64,000 nt of DNA from the human T2T-CHM13v2.0 reference genome, Homo sapiens. This document shows, one piece after another, positions 60,374 to 64,000 of the stretch (positions are counted from its first letter, which is position 1; every line of letters begins with the position of its first letter). A program made the translations under genes and the position numbers. The DNA lies in the NCBI RefSeq assembly GCF_009914755.1, contig NC_060925.1; one strand, written 5' to 3'. The notes under the pieces are model-generated. The model searched no databases and had not been told where the DNA came from. It saw nothing but the letters and a program-made list of their open reading frames with translations.

Positions 60374-62569
60374 CTAGAAACAAACAATAATTTTGCTTTA
60401 GTGACAGTAATCCAACTGAACTTAAAAAAAAAACAGAGCTAAAGATAAGCCATTTAATCATCAACTACAAACATGCATTAAAACAAAAACATGCACTCTG
60501 TCAAAAGAAAGCATTCCATAATTATTTTTTATTACCAGAAATAATCTAGATTAAGGATAGAAGCAGTATAACGTTCCATGGTGCTAATTCATGCTACATC
60601 ATAACGTCCCCAAACAAATCACATTTCCAATGTCGATTAATTTTCTATGCAACTTTATTATTATCTAGCTATAATTCAAACAATAGCTAAGCTGGTAGCT
60701 TCTCCTAAATTAAAAGCTACAGCAAAAAGCAGGCAAGGCATATTGGTGTACAAACAAAATATAACAAGAAGTTCCTTTGTCTGCAAACATCTAAATGAGG
60801 CAAAGGCATCTAAAGTGATCAGCCTAGTAAGTTCCGACCCTTGTGGGCTTTTCTGCAATTCTATTAGCATCAGAGTCATAGTTTACTAAGCAGATCAAAT
60901 TTCACTTTGATAAAATGTACAAATACTAGATTTGACCACTTTGTTACCTGAGTTTGATTATACAGCATTATCTACTATCTTCATTTATTGCCTGGAAATA
61001 GTACAGATATTTTATTTTCTCATTCTGGTTAGGTATTTAACAATCCCAAATAACATTTTCCACATTAAGACTAGTTTATTCTGAGAGTATGCATTGTGCT
61101 AGCCATATAGACGATTACCACAGAGACACACATTACTTCATTACAAACCAAGGTTTACTCTTGTGTGTTGAACAAAATATTTAAGGCTATTCTGTATATA
61201 AAATAGACAATTTAAAATGCTGACACATAGCTATTAAAGATTACCCATAATATCTTTCTCTTTCTGCATGAATAAGTGCCCCTTCCTATTTCCCTGCACT
61301 AAGATAAAGCAACATAAATCAGTGATAACACACCAACTTTATACTCTCCAATATATAATGAATGCTTGTTTGCTGTTGTATAAAATAAGACAACTGAAAA
61401 ACTATAAAAACATATATATGGTTCTAGTTTTCCAGACTTAAAGTGATATTCATAACATTTTTCATAGATCTCACACTTTTTTAAATTTAGATTTTATTGA
61501 AATATTTGATAACTGTACACAGGTATGTTTTTAACATTTCTATTGCATTTTAAAGATGGTTATTATGTATCACTATAGATAGCCAAAATTTCTTGATCTA
61601 AAATTTTCTAGAAAATAAAAGCTATTTACTTTAAATTGATCTTTAATGTTAGTATTAATATAGAATGGTCCATACCATCAACTGATGTAAGTGCAGAATG
61701 GATAACTGATTTTTCCACTGTGTAATTATTCATATTCTTTTTCTTCCTCTAGCTGCTTATCACCACTATCTCCTTGCTTTTCCCCCCTCATTCTTTGTGC
61801 TATTCCTTTTCTTTTTAGTGCTTAACTGTCATGCCTGTTGTTTTCACCAACCAATTACAATATTCTGCTAGCCTTGAGGTTATCTGGTCTGATCTAACCA
61901 TGTATTTTTGCTTTATGTCTTAAAATTGTCCTATTGTGCCTGCATTTTCAGACATTTGCCTGCAAAATCCAGATTCATTTTGTTGCCAGTCGCTTAGAGT
62001 TACTCACCTAAGACCCTACTGAAACATTGTTTCTGTGTATTATCTTGGAAAATATTAAGAAACCAATTAAACTGATATTTTATATCTTTTAGACTAAAAA
62101 TTTCAATTTCTGAAAAACCAACATCACTGACTTTTTAGACTACTGATGTCAGAGTGGTTTACAACTAAATATACGGTGAAAATGGCTAATTTTAACCTCA
62201 AAAGTTCTGGTTTTCCCATCACTGTTGACTACCCACCTTCAGTAGAACAAAATTAAAAATGCAGTCTATAAGGTTGCTGAAAAAGAATTCAAAATGTAAT
62301 AAGTACTAAGAAACTTAATTTTTCCTTATCTTGTTTTCTACCAGTAGATTTGTTTCTAATTAGTACTTTATTATCCTTTTATCTATAATTACCTTATTTA
62401 ACCCAAATACTCTGCTAGGACCTGGGAATATAAAGTTAAAAAGAATCCCCAATGTCACCAAACTTAAAATCTTGTAAGAAAGATGAAATAAAAAGAAATA
62501 AGAGGAAAACTGATACCTTTTCCAAAAAACTTGCCCCAAATATATTTATCATAGAAAATGTGGTATAGT

Positions 62570-62869
62570 GGCCAGGTGGTGGCTCACGCCTGTAATCCCA
62601 GCACTTTGGGAGGCCAAGGCAGGCAGATCACTTGAAGTCAGGAGTTCGAGATTGGCCTGGCCAATATGGTGAAACCCCATCTCTACTAAAAATACAAAAA
62701 TTAGCTGGGCGCAGTGGTACACGCCTGTAATCCCAGCCACTCAAGAGGCTGAGGTAGGAGAACTGCTTGAACCTGAGAGGCAAAGGTTTCAGTGAGTCAA
62801 GATTGCGCCAGTGCACTCCAACCTGGGCGACACAGTGAGACTCCATCTCAAAAAAAAAAAAAAAAAGAA
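62570..62869 (+). mobile_element. AluS SINE in the last SYDE2 intron
   Basis: TSD AGAAAATGTGGTATAG on both sides. Confidence 0.94.
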
Positions 62870-64000
62870 AGAAAATGTGGTATAGCAAGGATCTAGGAAT
62901 TATACTCTCTCTAAATTGATTTATCCATCTTTAAAGTGATAGGGGGGCCAGGAGTATTATTTTCAGTATTCTTAAAACAGAAAATGAATATCTAAAAGAA
63001 ACATTTTTGTGAAAACTCAATACATAAAACAGATAAAAAAGAAGGCTGTTCTGGTCAACGGGAAGTGTGTTTCCATTTTGTTCCCCCATCCCTTGCTGAT
63101 CTGGCTTCTAAGCTGCTTCCAAAGAACCCTAGAGCTTAGTAGAAGACAATCTAAAAAAGTATTGGCAGGACGACTTTTACCTTCTAATGCTGATACGCTG
63201 AAGTTCTAACCAATTACTTTGAAGACAGGATTTTTCAAATATAAATCTCAAAGCAAATTATCTTCTTGCCCAAAAATAAAAAACAAAAAATAACATGAAA
63301 CAAAACAAAAAGTTTAGAAAATAAAAAATAAGGGGGCGACTCTTTTTAACTCTGGAGTTGGAGAATTTCCAAATGGAAAAATAAGATATGCATATCAAGG
63401 AAAGCTAAAACCTTCTATTGAATGCATGGAGATAGGATAGGCATTCACTGAGTTAATATGCTGTGGCCTACTAGTCTTTGCCACATTCTCTATGTCACCA
63501 TCAACTTTCTCAGGCCAAGTAAATGCACCTCGTCTACTTGATTTCTGCCTTTTCTTGAATTCAACAGCAGGTGATTGACAGGGTAAAACTGTTGTTTCTT
63601 CTCAACTTTCTGCCCTGTTTTTTGTCTGAGGTACTACAACTAAAGAAAAATAACAGGTTATAGAAAAAGGAGCAGTTATTTTTAAAACCACCAACACAAA
63701 TCTTTGGAATAAGGTGCTGTACACTAGGAATAGTTGTTTAAGGCTGTCTTTAGAATACGGTGAATTTGAAATCTGAACCTGCTTTTTCTATAACACAAGA
63801 TATACATTAAGTTTCTTCTCTCAAACCCAAAACTAAGGTGGCTACTATTACAAAATAATAAAATGACCTTAACCTCTGGCACAGAATAATTAATAATCAT
63901 AACAAACTCAGGCACTGACAATAAACTTAATGGTATCTCCAGGGAAGCAAGTTTTCATTTGTGGTAATGACAAGATGGCTTTCTCCCAAATTCTTGGTGT

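Noticed and set aside
60374-60464. Hydrophobic signal-peptide-like N-terminus of ORF 59874-60464 ([14 protein letters not shown]…)
   Set aside because: It is intronic polypyrimidine sequence upstream of the SYDE2 acceptor at 60374, not a secreted protein.

Overview
Human (primate) genomic DNA that I recognise as the 1p22.3 DNAI3(WDR63)-MIR4423-SYDE2 neighbourhood. On the + strand are the last ten coding exons of DNAI3/WDR63 (5141-33587). All have AG/GT boundaries and consistent phases, and together give 1197 nt = 398 aa + stop: WD40 repeats followed by a C-terminal coiled coil. An ATTAAA poly(A) signal follows, and the primate miRNA hairpin MIR4423 lies about 670 nt further on (34383-34462). 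A ~24 kb repeat-rich intergenic stretch separates this from the convergent terminal exon and 3' UTR of SYDE2 on the - strand (CDS 59874-60373). The rest is typical human repeat content (L1PA/L1M, more than 20 Alus/FLAMs, L2, MIR, MaLR LTRs, hAT-Charlie DNA transposons, STRs). Most ORF-track entries are Alu/L1 or random ORFs. I see no wholly new multi-gene system. The best leads are: (i) a recursive-splice-site exon combined with inverted AluY elements that bracket three DNAI3 exons (circRNA architecture); (ii) a possible fossil phase-1/phase-1 large exon in the last SYDE2 intron; (iii) the MIR4423 hairpin sitting at the end of an old L1 RT fragment; (iv) an RFX-motif cluster in a repeat-free candidate enhancer; (v) several local templated duplications. 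Repeat subfamily names and boundaries were judged by eye and are approximate.
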